Origin: Eledone cirrhosa | Taxonomy: Eukaryota | DNA length: 64,000 bases | Assembly: GCA_964016885.1 (NCBI GenBank) | Contig: OZ024755.1 | Location: 6,510,001 to 6,574,000 of the forward strand | Reading direction: 5' to 3' | In this document: positions 39,643 to 52,349 of the stretch, piece by piece | Layout of the letters: every line of letters begins with the position of its first letter | Numbering within the stretch: the stretch's first letter is position 1 | Notes under the pieces: model-generated | Told to the model about the DNA's origin: nothing | The model's input: the letters and a program-made list of their open reading frames with translations, nothing else | Database searches by the model: none | Program-made: the position numbers and the translations under genes

Positions 39643-39911
39643 ATACGATATTAACAAATAGAAACTATATTTATAAAACCATATTTATTTCATTATACAT
39701 ATTTCAAGGACACCGAGTTAAATTATGGTGTGCTTTCATCAACAGTAATGGTTGCATTTTTTAAGGGTATGTCAATATTTATTTATAAAACTGATCTATA
39801 TTATATTTTATCTGATGGAAGCACACCATAATTTAACTTGGTGTCCTTGAAATATGTATAATGAAATAAATATGGTTTTATAAATATAGTTTCCATTTGT
39901 TAATATCGTAT
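39643..39911. mobile_element. Inverted-repeat element (99-bp arms, 71-bp spacer) carrying a hammerhead
   Basis: 39643-39741 is the reverse complement of 39813-39911 with about 3 mismatches. Confidence 0.85.
39781..39885 (+). ncRNA. Minimal type I hammerhead motif
   Basis: TATTTTAT-CTGATGG-AAGCACACCA..TGGTGTCCTT-GAA-ATATGTAT-A-ATGAAATA. The inverted copy preserves TGATGA. Outer ATTTATAAAAC/GTTTTATAAAT pairing. Confidence 0.7.
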
Positions 39912-40091
39912 GTTTACTCCAAATACTTGTTGAGTGCTTTATAATTGTTATAAAAATATTTGCTTGTTGTATCCCAACAATTTAAATAGAACTTTTGCAT
40001 ATATATATATATATATATACATTCATATATATATATATATATTATGGAATACTGTTGGCTTCTTGCTACAATAATTTCTATACTTGTCATT

Positions 40092-40119
<28 letters not shown>

Positions 40120-40122
<3 letters not shown>

Positions 40123-40704
40123 TTGGGAACAAAGATTGGGAATACGGAAGAAGATGTGACCGAGAGGAAGAGCAAAGCCTGGGCGGCGTGCAACAGCTTG
40201 AGATCGGTGTGGAAGTCGGATCTTCGTAAAGATCAGAAGATCCGTCTCTTCTTTGCTGTAGTGGGGTCTGTCCTGCTGTACGGGACTGAGACTTGGACAC
40301 TGACCAAGAAACTCACTCAGATGGTGGATGGGTGCTACACGAGAATGCTGAGGATGGCTCTGAACATTAATCAGTATACACTGAGGATGAAGAACCCAGA
40401 GCTGTACGGGTGCCTCCCAAAAGTCAGCTCTAGAGTAGCACAGAGGAGACTGAGGTTAGCTGGACATGCTCACCGACATCTAGAGTTGGCACTGCACTCA
40501 GTGCTCCTGTGGGAGCCTCTGCATGGACACACTGCAAGAGGAAGACCGATGTTAACATATATTGATGCAGTAAGGACAGACACTGGTCTCTTGGAGACGC
40601 AGGACATGGCAGCGATAATGAGGGACAGAGACCGCTGGAGAGAACTCGTCCATGGATCTTTGGAATTTTACCCGCCCCAGATAGATAGGTAGATAGATAG
40701 ATAG
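40120..40704 (+). mobile_element. RTE-clade LINE, 5'-truncated (RT C-terminal region, open frame) with (TAGA)n tail
   Basis: YLG...KAWAACNSLRSVWKS...KIRLF...VLLYGTETWTLT...RRLRLAGH...GRP...W: canonical RTE ORF2 C-terminus. The stop of sibling copies (CCCTAG/CCTTAG) is CCCCAG here. Confidence 0.92.
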
Positions 40705-40708
40705 TGTA

Positions 40709-40850
40709 GGCGCGTAGCTTAGTGTTCATGGTGTTCACTTCACGATCATAAGCTCGGGAGTTCGATTCCTGGCGACTGGGGGGGGGGGGGGGCGAGATGA
40801 GATATTGATCACGAGACTTTGTTTTACGTTAATCTAGTTCACATTGTTGG
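40709..40850 (+). mobile_element. Degenerate tRNA-derived SINE (family B-like)
   Basis: GGCGCGTAGCTTAGTG A-box and GAGTTCGATTCC B-box. Confidence 0.65.
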
Positions 40851-40946
40851 CTTGAAAACGAGGTAAGACTTGTATTTCTATTTTTTTTTGTTTGCCCAAT
40901 ATCCTACATATTCGGAAAATCTACTGCCATTTCATTATTTATGAGG

Positions 40947-40993
<47 letters not shown>

Positions 40994-41270
40994 ACTGCAT
41001 CAATACTGTATTTCTCTGTTTGGCTATTTCTCAAAGGTATTATATGTTCTCTGAGCGTAAAATTCTCTCTCTGGGAGCAGTTATTATAAAATAGGCAATA
41101 GTTTCGTTTCGTCATCGCTCATGCAGAAACTTAGGCAAGACAATAAAAATTATAATGCAGAAAATGCAATGTGGCTTAAAACTAGTTTGATATATAGAGA
41201 AACTCCAGAGAAATTCTTCACACTTAAAGCTGTATAGGGACATCCATTAATATCAATGTCTGATAGTAAT

Positions 41271-41487
41271 GAAGGCGCGTGGTTGAGTAGTTAGAGAATT
41301 GGATACACAATCATGAGGTTGTGAGTTCGATTCTCGGACCCGGCGATGCATTATGTCCTCAGGCAAGAAATTTTATTTGATGTTTCTCCTTCTACCTGGA
41401 GTTGGGATCGATATAGAGTATTAGCAATTGGAAAGACCAACGGAAACATTGTTTCCTCGGTCGGATTTGACGAAAGTCGATCGACTT
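41271..41487 (+). mobile_element. tRNA-derived SINE, family B
   Basis: GGCGCGTGGTTGAGTAG...GAGTTCGATTC...; 3' end shared with 14668-14868. Confidence 0.85.
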
Positions 41488-42241
41488 ATATATATGTATA
41501 GTAGACAGTTTTGTAGTTTAACTAAAACTTGAGTGAATTATCTAAGTATTCTCTGCGACCTCATCAGATGTCTGCAACAATTACAATTAATTGAAGTATA
41601 GGAGAAAGAATATTTGTTAGAAATCTATTGGAAAGGGGTTGGTTCAGTCTGTGTTAAAAGAACATATGTTAATCCCAGACAATATTCTTATTTGTGTGTA
41701 GATATATAATATCAATGCTTACTAGTTGTTTCTAGTGAAACCATGAGACTTTCTAAGGGGTCAGCTAGTATAGGTAAACAACTATAGGGTTACCATAACT
41801 TGAAGTTTAGAAGTTCGTACCTGATAGTGTGTATCTTAGCGATAAAATGAGATGAAAATGATATACATGTAGCGTGTCAATGTTAATTGAAGAATACCAG
41901 ACAAGCAGCCAGTCTGCAATATGTATATGGTGTGTGTATATACATATGTGTGTGTGTGTGCGATTGTGTGTACGTATATGTATGTATATATATATATATA
42001 TCATGATGTATCATGAACATTGCCAAGTTAAGAGATTTTCTTCAGAGGAAGGGTCAATCTTAAAATGTCAGATTCCTCTTCTCTGCCTCAGAATACTATA
42101 AACCTATCTAAACTGATGAACTTCTCTGTGCCGCTTGGGATTGCTTTCTTAGATAGATTAATGTCACAAGGCCGCGATATTTAATGGAAAAGTACACAAT
42201 TACACAGTCCATACATACATACCTAATTACATATATATCTG

Positions 42242-42303
42242 TATATAGGTATCAAAGATATATAAATATAAGTATATATTTATATATCTTTGATACCTAT
42301 ATA
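42242..42303. repeat. 62-bp hairpin palindrome
   Basis: TATATAGGTATCAAAGATATATAAATATA-AGTA-TATATTTATATATCTTTGATACCTATATA. Confidence 0.85.
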
Positions 42304-43481
42304 AAAGTAAATGTATCAGGAATTATAAAAAATACCTAATTTCTTAAAAGCAAAGAGGACTAAGATGCAGGGATTAGTGTATTTCATAACAACATCCCAC
42401 TTTCTACTCTCTGAAAATGCTTCTATCAAATATAGTTCTAGACGACAGTGAAAAAAGTCTAGCAATATACGCTCAACAAAAATAATGTGTCATGTCTCAT
42501 TCAGGATTTTATATTCGATTTCAAGATAAGGAGACTCAAATCTAATGCCCTTTGTAATTAATTTGATCCTGGTGAGGTTGAGACGGTGGATGTTTCGCTC
42601 GATTATATACATGTTGATGTATGTAGAAAAAAAATCACCTGGGAATAAAAACCTTTTATAGTGATATTAAAGACATTTTAAAATATATCCTGAGCGAAAA
42701 CAAATACATTTCTAGGTTGTTCATTCAATTTCACATTTTTCAAATTCACCATCAACTAAACTAAGGAAAAAATCCTTCCATACCGTCTCTCTTTTTGTCT
42801 TTCTCCGTCTTTCGTTCATTCCTTCTTGTTTTTCCCTTCATTCTTTCTTTATATACATATTTATTTCTAGAACGATTTGGCTACAAAATGATTATTACGA
42901 TGAATTCGTTTGAAAGTTGAATTTGCCTTATACACGGTATACATTTATACATCCTAGGATTTCATTTATCTTATCGACAGGCAGTAAACAAACAAGATTT
43001 CATTGTTTGAACATCAAAGAGGATGAGGATCACAAGACAGAATCTGATATTGAGGAATGTTTTTGCAAGGAAACCAATGAATGTTTTATAGCCGATTTAA
43101 AAACACTTTGAAACCAGGATATCGCCATAATAATTTAATGACTCTCCATAACGTAGATTAGAGATATTACAAATACAATGAAGATGAGTGATACGAAGCG
43201 ATAGGGCTCAATATGTAATCCATAACAAGCTTCTGATTTACCAAAATATCTGCATATGAAATAAACTCCATGCAAAACTCTACAATGCTCGAATATCTTC
43301 AGGAAAGTAATTTGTGTGAAATCTTCACTCGTTATGCAAAGGATATACATGTTTGTTTGTTTAGTTTTGATATTCCTCTATTAAAATAATAATCAATAAG
43401 TAATATTGATAAAGAAGATTTTAACAATAATTGGTATATTAATGGTTATTGCAAGTAATATTTCCCTATTAGGAAATGGTA

Positions 43482-43690
43482 ATAATTGTTTCTATGTTAG
43501 GCATAAGGCCAGCAATTTGGGAAGAGAGGAAAGTCGATTAAATCGACACCAGTGCATTACTGGTGCTTTGTTTATCGACCCCGTAAGGATGAAAGGCAAA
43601 GCTAACCTGGACAGGATTTGATCTGAGAATGCAAAGGACCATAACTAAATACTGCAAAGCATGGTGTCTGACGGTCAACCGATACTGCTA
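43482..43690 (-). mobile_element. tRNA-derived SINE, family A (longer variant)
   Basis: Family A core with an extra GGGAAGAGAGGAAAGTCGATTAAATCGAC segment. Confidence 0.8.
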
Positions 43691-44403
43691 AAAGACGCCA
43701 TCAACAACAATAAGGATGAGAGGCAGCGTAGGCGGACGAAAATCTAAAATGAAAAGGATAGTGAAATATCTAAACAATAGGTTTAACGATTGTGGACAAA
43801 GGAAAGCGAAGTTATATACAAAGGCATTATGCAGGGGATGAAATGGTTCATGTACGTGTAAGAGAGAGTGTTCACGTGCCTCCGTATATTTGCATGCGTC
43901 CAAGAGTAAATACCTTTGTTGCGCTTCTTTGCGTGTTTGTCGGTGTACAGAAGATTTTCTTGCAGTATTTGTACGTACGTGCCTATATATAAATGCATGT
44001 ATTATGTATATATGTATATATGTATGTATTATATATATATGTATGTATTATGTATATATGTATGTATTATGTATGTATGTATGTATTATGTATGTATGTA
44101 GTATGTATGTATATATGTATGTATTATGTATGTATGTAGTATGTATGTATTATGTATATATGTATGTATTATGTATATATGTATGTATTATGTATGTATG
44201 TAGTATGTATGTATTATGTATATATGTATGTATTATGTATGTATGTAGTATGTATGTAGTATGTATGTATGTATCAATGTAGTGTGTGTATGAATAGTTT
44301 ACATGTGTCAATATGTGGTTGTATATTCGTGTATAATGCTAATGTGTACACTTGTGTAAACGTAAATATTTACACATATTTATGTTGCCCCGTGCATCAA
44401 TCA

Positions 44404-44466
<63 letters not shown>

Positions 44467-44495
44467 GAGAGAGAGAGAGACATATATAGATACAC

Positions 44496-44535
<40 letters not shown>

Positions 44536-45089
44536 CATTTATATATAATACATATATATATATATTTATTACTAATACATATATATAATACATATATATA
44601 TATAATAATATATATATGTAATACATATATATATATAATACATATATATATAACGTTTGTTATTTCAATTTATATACGTAATCTTTTTTGCATGCATAAT
44701 GATGAAGATAATATGTGTGTGTTTACGACGAATGAGATGTGGGTCATGCGTGTTTTAAGTTTCTAAACCTTTTTTTTTCCACTCACATTGTAGGCGGTAT
44801 GTAATTACAAATTTCAATCTCGAACCCTTGTTTTTTTAGTTGAATATATTTTGTAATATCACGTCATAGGACGTTCTCAGCGGAGAATTCCATTCAATAG
44901 CCTTTGTTATTCAACATTAAAACGAAATACAGAAAAAGCAAGCAATGCATTTCCGTTATATTTTTTTTTCTTATATAAATTCTCTCCCAGATGAGCAGCA
45001 AATAAATTGATTGAATAAATAAATTAATGCTTAGATGTGTGAAGAGGATATGCTTATAAAGACTTTTGGATATTAATGTTTTAAATTTA

Positions 45090-45484
45090 TTTACGCTATA
45101 TATTTTAATATATAAAAATGTATGTATGCCTATATATATTTTTTAATATATAAACAATGTATTTATGGTTATATATATATAGTCTAATATATAAAAAGTG
45201 TATGTATGCTTATATATATATATTAGCATACAAAACGTGTATTTATGCCTATATATATTGTTTTTAATATATAAAAAGTGTATGTATGCCCTTATATAGT
45301 TTACTATATAAAAAAGTGCATGTATGTCTATATATATCTATATATATATTGAAATATAAAAACTGTATGTATGCCTATATATATATATTTTTTTTAATAT
45401 ATAAAAAAGTGTATGTATGCTCATATATATATATATTAGCATATAAAAAGTGTATGTATGCTTATACATATTTTAATATATAAA
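45090..45484. repeat. ~36-42-bp-unit minisatellite (ATATAAAAAGTGTATGTATGC...)
   Basis: About 10 diverged copies. Confidence 0.85.
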
Positions 45485-45524
45485 GAACTTAGCTATTTTT
45501 GTTAGCTGTAAAGTGGAAAGAGAA

Positions 45525-45835
45525 TGCAATGTGGTTGGATGGTTAAGAAGTTCGCTTTATAATATTTAGGACGTGAGTTCGGTCTCACTGCGTCGTATTT
45601 TAGGTAAGTGTATTCTATCATAGTTCCTGGCCGAGCCAATCCGTGTCAGTGACATTGAGTTGAGAAAACTGGAAATTTGAAGCATTGTCATACATAGAAT
45701 CTCCATGAGGATTACTTTAAGTGTACACGTGTCTGTGGAACTCTCAATCACTTACACGTTGATATCATGAGCAGGATATTCCGTTGATTGAACAACTGTA
45801 CAACTCGTCCTCAGAACCGACGGATGTTTAACATT
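45525..45835 (+). mobile_element. Degenerate SINE, family C-like; similar copy at ~57890-58190
   Basis: GGTTAAGAAGTTCG head, B-box-like GAGTTCGGTCTC, AAGTGT..TCTA.CATAG core. Confidence 0.55.
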
Positions 45836-46199
45836 AACAGGCATCTCAAAGACCATCACAGGCCCACCCATTTCATTTCATGATGGTAAAACTTATGACA
45901 CGAGAAGATTCCTTTACAATTAATGCATGGGCTAATGGACAAGAAATAAATTGTTTTTCTGGGGTCAATATGAGCTGTAGTTGATTTTGATTTGTCCAAG
46001 GAAAATATTAGCCCAGAATTACAGATAGCGCATGATTTAAAGTAGAATCACAAAAAGAATATATTTTAATAAGTCAGTGCCCCAGCATGGTCTCAGTCAA
46101 ACATAGAACCAGTAAAAGAGTAAAGTATTAATCAGGAAAGTATTGCAACTAGATTATTAGTGTAGTCGTGGGTCGTTATCTTATTTAAAAACATATGTG

Positions 46200-47000
46200 T
46201 ATATTCTCTGATAATGAATATCGTTATGGATTTAGTAATAACATGTAATAACTGTATATAAAATAATGATTTGAACTATAGGGTATTAAAAGAAATATTG
46301 ATGAACCTGAAAACGAAATACGGTAATTTCTTCTACCATTGTGTGGTTCGTTGACGAAGCAAAGGGCGCATGCTCAGATGCTACTATAAGCTGAAATATG
46401 AAGTGGAACTATTCATGTGTATTAAAACCATTTCCATTATGGATTAAGATGACAGGAAAGGGTTATGTAATTTGATACCGTTGGGCAATATCGCTAGCTA
46501 CATAAATGATTTATGTTTTAAATTACCAGGACTGAATCAGATTATTATCTCCCTTCTAGCCAATATCGAGAGCTTTGAATCAATGCTGAAATTGTTCGTA
46601 ACTCAACTATAGAACTCTGCATGGTATATTTTCCAACAATGAAAGAGCAAAACCTAATATCGATCATGGAGAATGCTACAGAATGTTTCAAATATTTTGG
46701 ATCAATTTCAAAAGAGATATCGATATGGAGTAGGAATACGGGAATGCAAAACTCCTTTTGGCGTGATGCCAGGCAAAAGTCCTCATTCTTTGCTCCTCAA
46801 ATTAATTCATTTACTGTCGGATAATATTTTCATATCCAAATCTAATTATTTATCTATGTTGAACTTATATAAATCCCATGTAGATAGAAGAAAACATGCA
46901 CATCCGAAGAAGCCCATACTGGAAAATGTATTACTTATGCCAACTATTTATCTTAACATGAGAAAAATAGGAAAAAGCAAAGAAGCAAAGGGCTCTCTTC
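46200..47000 (+). pseudogene. Decayed hAT transposase (GTF2IRD2/SPIN-like)
   Basis: YGNFFYHCVVR*RSKGRMLRCYYKLKYEVELFM resembles the hAT motif YH.EVRWLSRG..L.RF..L..EI..FM, followed by NDL..KLPGLNQ (cf. LQG.NQ); many stops. Confidence 0.6.
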
Positions 47001-47786
47001 AGTGATGACTAATCATGATGACTAATCACCGTGTTTCACCATGGATATGGCTCTCCAGCATATTTCATCTCTCTCTCTCTCTCTCTTTATATATATATAT
47101 ATATTTCTCTCTTTCTCTCACTCTCGCTACTCTCTGTATATATACATATATATATACATATATATATGTGTGTGTGTGTGTGTGAAAGACGAGTGGGAGA
47201 GAAGGAGAGAGAGAGACCGACAGACAGAGAGACAGAGACAGATAGATAGATAGACAGACAGACAAATAGACAGACAGATAGATAGACAGATAGATACAGA
47301 GAGATGATGAGGTAAGATTTAGTGGAATCAATTGAAAACTATATTGATTCAGGTGTTTCTTATTCTTACAGTCGTGCTAGGTACGTTCTCTTCATCAAAC
47401 GTTGAAATTAAGATTTTTAAGCTGATAAACAATTAGACGAAAGAAAACGTGTGTCTTTATAAGTATTGAAATATTGAAAACACCTGTAGAAGAACCGCAA
47501 TATCTTTGAAGTTTCCTGTAAAGAATCAGCGATAAAGAATAACTGTTTTATAATCAGATACATAGACGAACTTCCTAAATAACGAAATACAGGAGTGCAG
47601 TTGTTGCTTTTTATCCTTTGTGATGTGTGCGGAAGGAAAACAGAGTGAGAATGAAGTGGAGGGAGCGAGAGAGAGAGCGAGAGACGGAAAGTGAGAGATA
47701 GATAGAAAATGAGAGAAAGAGAGGGAAGAGACGGGGAGCGATAGTGAGACACAGAAAGTGAGAGACGGCAAGAGAACGAGAGTGAG

Positions 47787-47841
<55 letters not shown>

Positions 47842-48384
47842 TACGAACTTTCTAAATAACGAAATATTAGTGCAGTTGTTTATTTGTTTTGTTATTTTTT
47901 GTCTGTGATATGTGTTTGTGATGAATAGAGAAAAAGAGAGTCAGGAAGAGGGAAGGTGAGAGAGAGAGGGAGAGAGAGAGCGAATGAGTGAGTGAGAGGG
48001 GAAGAGCAGAGGGTGAGAGCAGATATGAACTTACTTCTCTCTTTCTTTCTCTCTCTCACACACACACACTCACTCTCTCTTTCTATCAGTACGTGTGCGT
48101 GTGTGAACTTAAGCACATTCATATTGTATGTAGACATATTGAGAAGCTGTATGATGTTTTTAAAAAATTTCATTGCGAAAGTATCGCTTTTAATTGTTTA
48201 CTGAGTTCAGTCAGTAGACTGCGGCCATGTTGAAGCACCGCCATAAAGGAATTTGTACGTGTGTATCTTCCGTAAGTTACCATTTCTACAACAAAATGTT
48301 GAGGTTAAATGCTGCTGAGGTCTTCTTTGCGTTTCACCATTTTGGTATCAATGAATAAGTACCATTCCAGTATTTTAATGCACC

Positions 48385-48467
<83 letters not shown>

Positions 48468-48471
<4 letters not shown>

Positions 48472-48671
48472 AACACAAAACATAACTACTCCATTACCAA
48501 AGGTTTCTGGATCACAGACGATAATAATATCGTTCGTCAGACAGAGATGTTTTAGATAAAAGGTATCTTTTATCTATAACATCTCTGTCTGACGAACGAT
48601 CCAGACGTATATTATTATCGTCTGTGATCCAGAAACCTTTGGTAATGGAGTAGTTATGTTTTGTGTTGTTC
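48468..48671. mobile_element. Fold-back palindrome (~95/105-bp arms, 4-bp centre) carrying a hammerhead
   Basis: Left arm is the reverse complement of the right arm except for a 10-bp gap and about 1 mismatch; follows (TA)n(GA)n. Confidence 0.88.
48576..48657 (+). ncRNA. Type I hammerhead motif
   Basis: CTCTGT-CTGACGA-AC-GATC-CAGACG..CGTCTG-T-GATC-CA-GAA-ACC-TTT-GGT-A-ATGGAG; outer ATAAC/GTTAT pairing; GUA site. The base of stem II is unpaired. Confidence 0.68.
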
Positions 48672-48743
48672 ACTTTCTAATTAAATAGCTCTGTTCTATA
48701 TATAGAGCACTCTTTTTTCCTTCGCTTTTCCTTTGGAATTACC

Positions 48744-48831
<88 letters not shown>

Positions 48832-48961
48832 GTTAAACAATATTCAATGATTATGTCAAAGAATGAGTTTTACAGTAGATTGGAAGCACTCAACGGTAAA
48901 TATAATTTTCTGGAGTTATTAATATTAAAATATAAGTATTAATAAAATAGATGTTCTTTTG

Positions 48962-49031
48962 ATCAATTACATTTTATTATACATATTTCGGATGTACAAC
49001 AGTACGTCCTCATCAGACAAAATATAATGAT
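48962..49031 (-). ncRNA. Minimal type I hammerhead ribozyme, apparently intact core
   Basis: Minus: ATTATATTTTGT-CTGATGA-GGACGTAC-TGTT-GTACATCC-GAA-ATATGTAT-A-ATAAAATGTAAT. 12-bp stem I, 7/8-bp stem II, self-complementary stem III, AUA site. Confidence 0.8.
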
Positions 49032-49128
49032 ACATGACATACCCTGAGATGTTAAATGGTTAAGATTTAATCAAGATAGTCTACCTTGATTAAATCTTAA
49101 CCATTTAATATCTCAGGGTATGTCATGT

Positions 49129-49198
49129 ATCATTATATTTTGTCTGATGAGGACGTACTGTTGTACATCCGAAATATGTATAATAACATGTAATTGAT
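49129..49198 (+). ncRNA. Mirror hammerhead copy with one stem I mismatch
   Basis: CTGATGA at 49144-49150, GAAA at 49171-49174; ATAACAT instead of ATAAAAT. Confidence 0.75.
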
Positions 49199-50354
49199 CA
49201 AAAGAACATCTATTTTATTAATACTTATATTCATTTCTATCTATATTCTAAAGTTATTTTAATGTTCGAATCCCGTTTTAAATACTTGAAATGTGTAAAA
49301 TATTGATGTTCTTGGAGAGGTTTAGTAACACGTGATATTGTCTCTATCGAAGCCGAAAGGACTAAATGTAAAGTTAACCTTACCAGGATTGAAAGCCAGA
49401 GCACAGAGAGCGAGAATACTGCAAATATTTTAATTCAACGCTCTAACGGCTTTCACATATCTGCAGTCCTCAGCAGTGATAAGTGATTAATACTCCATTG
49501 TAGGTTAGAGGTCGATTTTTATGAAATCAGAACTGATGAGGGCTGACATATATTCTAGTCTTGGGTTGAAGCCTAATCTTTCAAATGAGGTTTTGGCAAT
49601 ATTATATATGCGAGGTCACCATGGGAGATCAATGTGCTTTATGAGGCCTAGCATTTGTTGATCTCAAAACGAATTTAATGTATTATTTATGAGTAAGGAA
49701 AGCATAGTATAGGATTATTTCTTTAACGTGTGTAGTGATAATACATCTACTGTTGAAAGGGATTAATTTGTCATATCTTCATGAAATGGTGATCTCAGCG
49801 TCATTGTTCAGAAGCTTACAAGAAGTGAAAATTGATATCATTTGCATAGGAGCGAGTGTTGTTAGAAGTAAGAGCACGAAGATCGTACAACCTAAACTAG
49901 TGTGACTGTTGGTGTATAATTTTCAGGACCAGAATGATACATATGATATAGAGAAGGCTTAGGGGGCTATATATACCGTATGTTTTAATAGTTATTGTGG
50001 TTTAGCCCTTGGTCAAAATTGATCTAGCAGTCCTACCTTCAAAGATATTCGAAGTAAGTCTATGTCCACAGAGATTCATAACATTGAAAGGCAAGATTTG
50101 AGGGAGATTTTAGTTTTATTTCTAGCAGATTGGGTGTTCACCTAGAAGACCAGACATTGACTCAAATAACTTTAACATAATTTTGATAACGAGCCTAAAA
50201 TGAGTGTAATATGTCTTAGAGAAAATATAAGAGTGCTTGTGTATGTGTATGTGTATGTATATACGTATATACGTATGTGAGTGGTTCCGTGTGTGTCTGT
50301 GTGTATGTGCGTATGTGAGTGTTTCCGTGTGTGTATGCACGCGTTTGTATGCAC

Positions 50355-50389
<35 letters not shown>

Positions 50390-50623
50390 TATGTGACTGT
50401 TTCAGTGTGTCTATGCACGCGTGTGTATGCACTTGTGTGTGTGTGTATGTGCGTATGTGAGTGTTTCAGTGTGTGTATGTACGTATGTGTGTGTGTGTGT
50501 GTGTGTGCCTAGAACACATCAGTGTGCTGTTTGCTTATATTCATTGGTTATCTCTTATATTACATGACATGTGTATGTGTAATGGGTGCTATATAAAATA
50601 TATATGCGTGTGTGTCGGTTGTA

Positions 50624-50692
<69 letters not shown>

Positions 50693-50788
50693 TATTGTCA
50701 TATAAAGATATGAATGAGTGAGGGAATAGATGTATATGTTGAAACAACGAATAAACGCATATATATATATATATATATATATACATAC

Positions 50789-50819
<31 letters not shown>

Positions 50820-51441
50820 CACATACATATATACACAAATATATAGACACACATACATATATATGTATATATATATACATACGTACATAAATTTTTTATG
50901 TACATCTATACTTGCATACATGGATGTATACATATGTGTGAGTATGTATGTGTATGCGTGCATGCATATATACCTACCTATAATCATACATACATATGTT
51001 TATGTGTGCGTATGCGTGTGCGATTAGAAAGCGTAGCCATCACAGCTGAAAGGCCATATGTGTATAGAAAGGTCAGAATCACAGCTTTGATCGATGACAC
51101 TCAAGCAAAAAGGAAAGGAAATCAAAATGGATTCCTTAATCGATGATTTTGGCGGAAAGATCAAAACCGGGCGCCATTTGTCGAACGGTTTCAATGATCT
51201 GCAAGATAGAATTATAAAAGGAAAACAACATAAATAAAAACAATAGTAAAAGAAAAAAGAATTGAACACTACTTTGGTGATGAACTGTCATATGAAATAG
51301 GAAGTTTATAACAACGGTAGTGTTTTAAAATAAAAAATGTCTGATTATAGATTTTGGTACTCGTATTTCAACTGTCATACTTATGACAGGCGTACAAGTT
51401 AAGATATAGCAATAGTAATAATAACAATAATAATAATAATA

Positions 51442-51561
51442 ATAATTGTTTCTACTTTTTGGCACAAGGCCAGCAATTATCCAGTGCATTACTGGTACTT
51501 TATTCTATCGACCCCGGAAGGATGAAAGGCAAAGTTAACCTCGGCGGGATTTGAACTCAGA
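51442..51561 (-). mobile_element. 5'-truncated SINE, family A
   Basis: Tail, core and B-box only. Confidence 0.85.
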
Positions 51562-51564
51562 TCA

Positions 51565-51795
51565 TAATAATAATAATAATAATGCTTTCTTTATTAACCA
51601 CAAGGGTTTACACAAAGTAGACATTAAGGACAGTACAGGACGGTACAAAAGGGCATTTCTGCGTGTAAAAAAAACAAAAAACAGAGGATGTAATAATAAT
51701 AATAATAATAATAATGCATTCTTTATTAACCACAAGGGTTGACACAAAGTATAACATTAAGGACAACACAGGACAATACAAATGGGCATTTCTGC
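51565..51795 (-). repeat. Two tandem LINE-type 3' tails (..CCCTTGTGGTTAATAAAGAA..(ATT)n)
   Basis: Duplicated ~90-bp unit, each preceded on the plus strand by (AAT)n; same tail type as ~29635-29655 and 60790-60900. Confidence 0.6.
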
Positions 51796-51999
51796 TATAT
51801 TACTGAGTCTCCATGTGGCATCATCAGATACTCATACAATTATGAGGTGTAGTTATGCAAGTATGGTGATATGCGGCTGGTGATGTATTACCATCTTCGT
51901 GTTATGCGAGCGAGCAACACTAAGCTGGTAATACATTGTCAGTGACATACCTGCATGCTTGCATAACTACACCTTACACCTATATATATATATATATAG

Positions 52000-52135
52000 G
52001 TTAACATATGTTGATGCCCTGAGGACAGACACTGGTCTGTTGGAGATGCTGGATATGGCAGCGATAATGAGGGACAGAGACCGCTGGAGAGAACTCGTCC
52101 ATGGATCTCGGGAATTTTACCCGCCTTAGATAGAT
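52000..52135 (+). mobile_element. RTE LINE extreme 3' fragment
   Basis: Nearly identical to ~40551-40685; TAGA tail; (TA)n on both sides. Confidence 0.9.
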
Positions 52136-52144
52136 ATATATATA

Positions 52145-52218
52145 TAGGAGGCAAAGTATAGCCATGAGGTGTGGTTACCTATAAATATATAAATATTATA
52201 TACATATATATGTATTTA

Positions 52219-52291
<73 letters not shown>

Positions 52292-52292
52292 T

Positions 52293-52349
<57 letters not shown>

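Larger units (their letters stand above)
48929..49231. mobile_element. 303-bp near-perfect fold-back palindrome (147-bp arms, 9-bp loop) with a hammerhead in each arm
   Basis: 48929-49075 is the reverse complement of 49085-49231 with 2 mismatches found by eye. Confidence 0.92.

Noticed and set aside
42035-42085. CAGAGGAAGGGTCAATCTTAAAATGTCAG as an eroded hammerhead; similar cases near 6775-6820, 7088-7145 and 53955-54000
   Set aside because: Each needs three or more substitutions in the catalytic core; not distinguishable from chance by eye.
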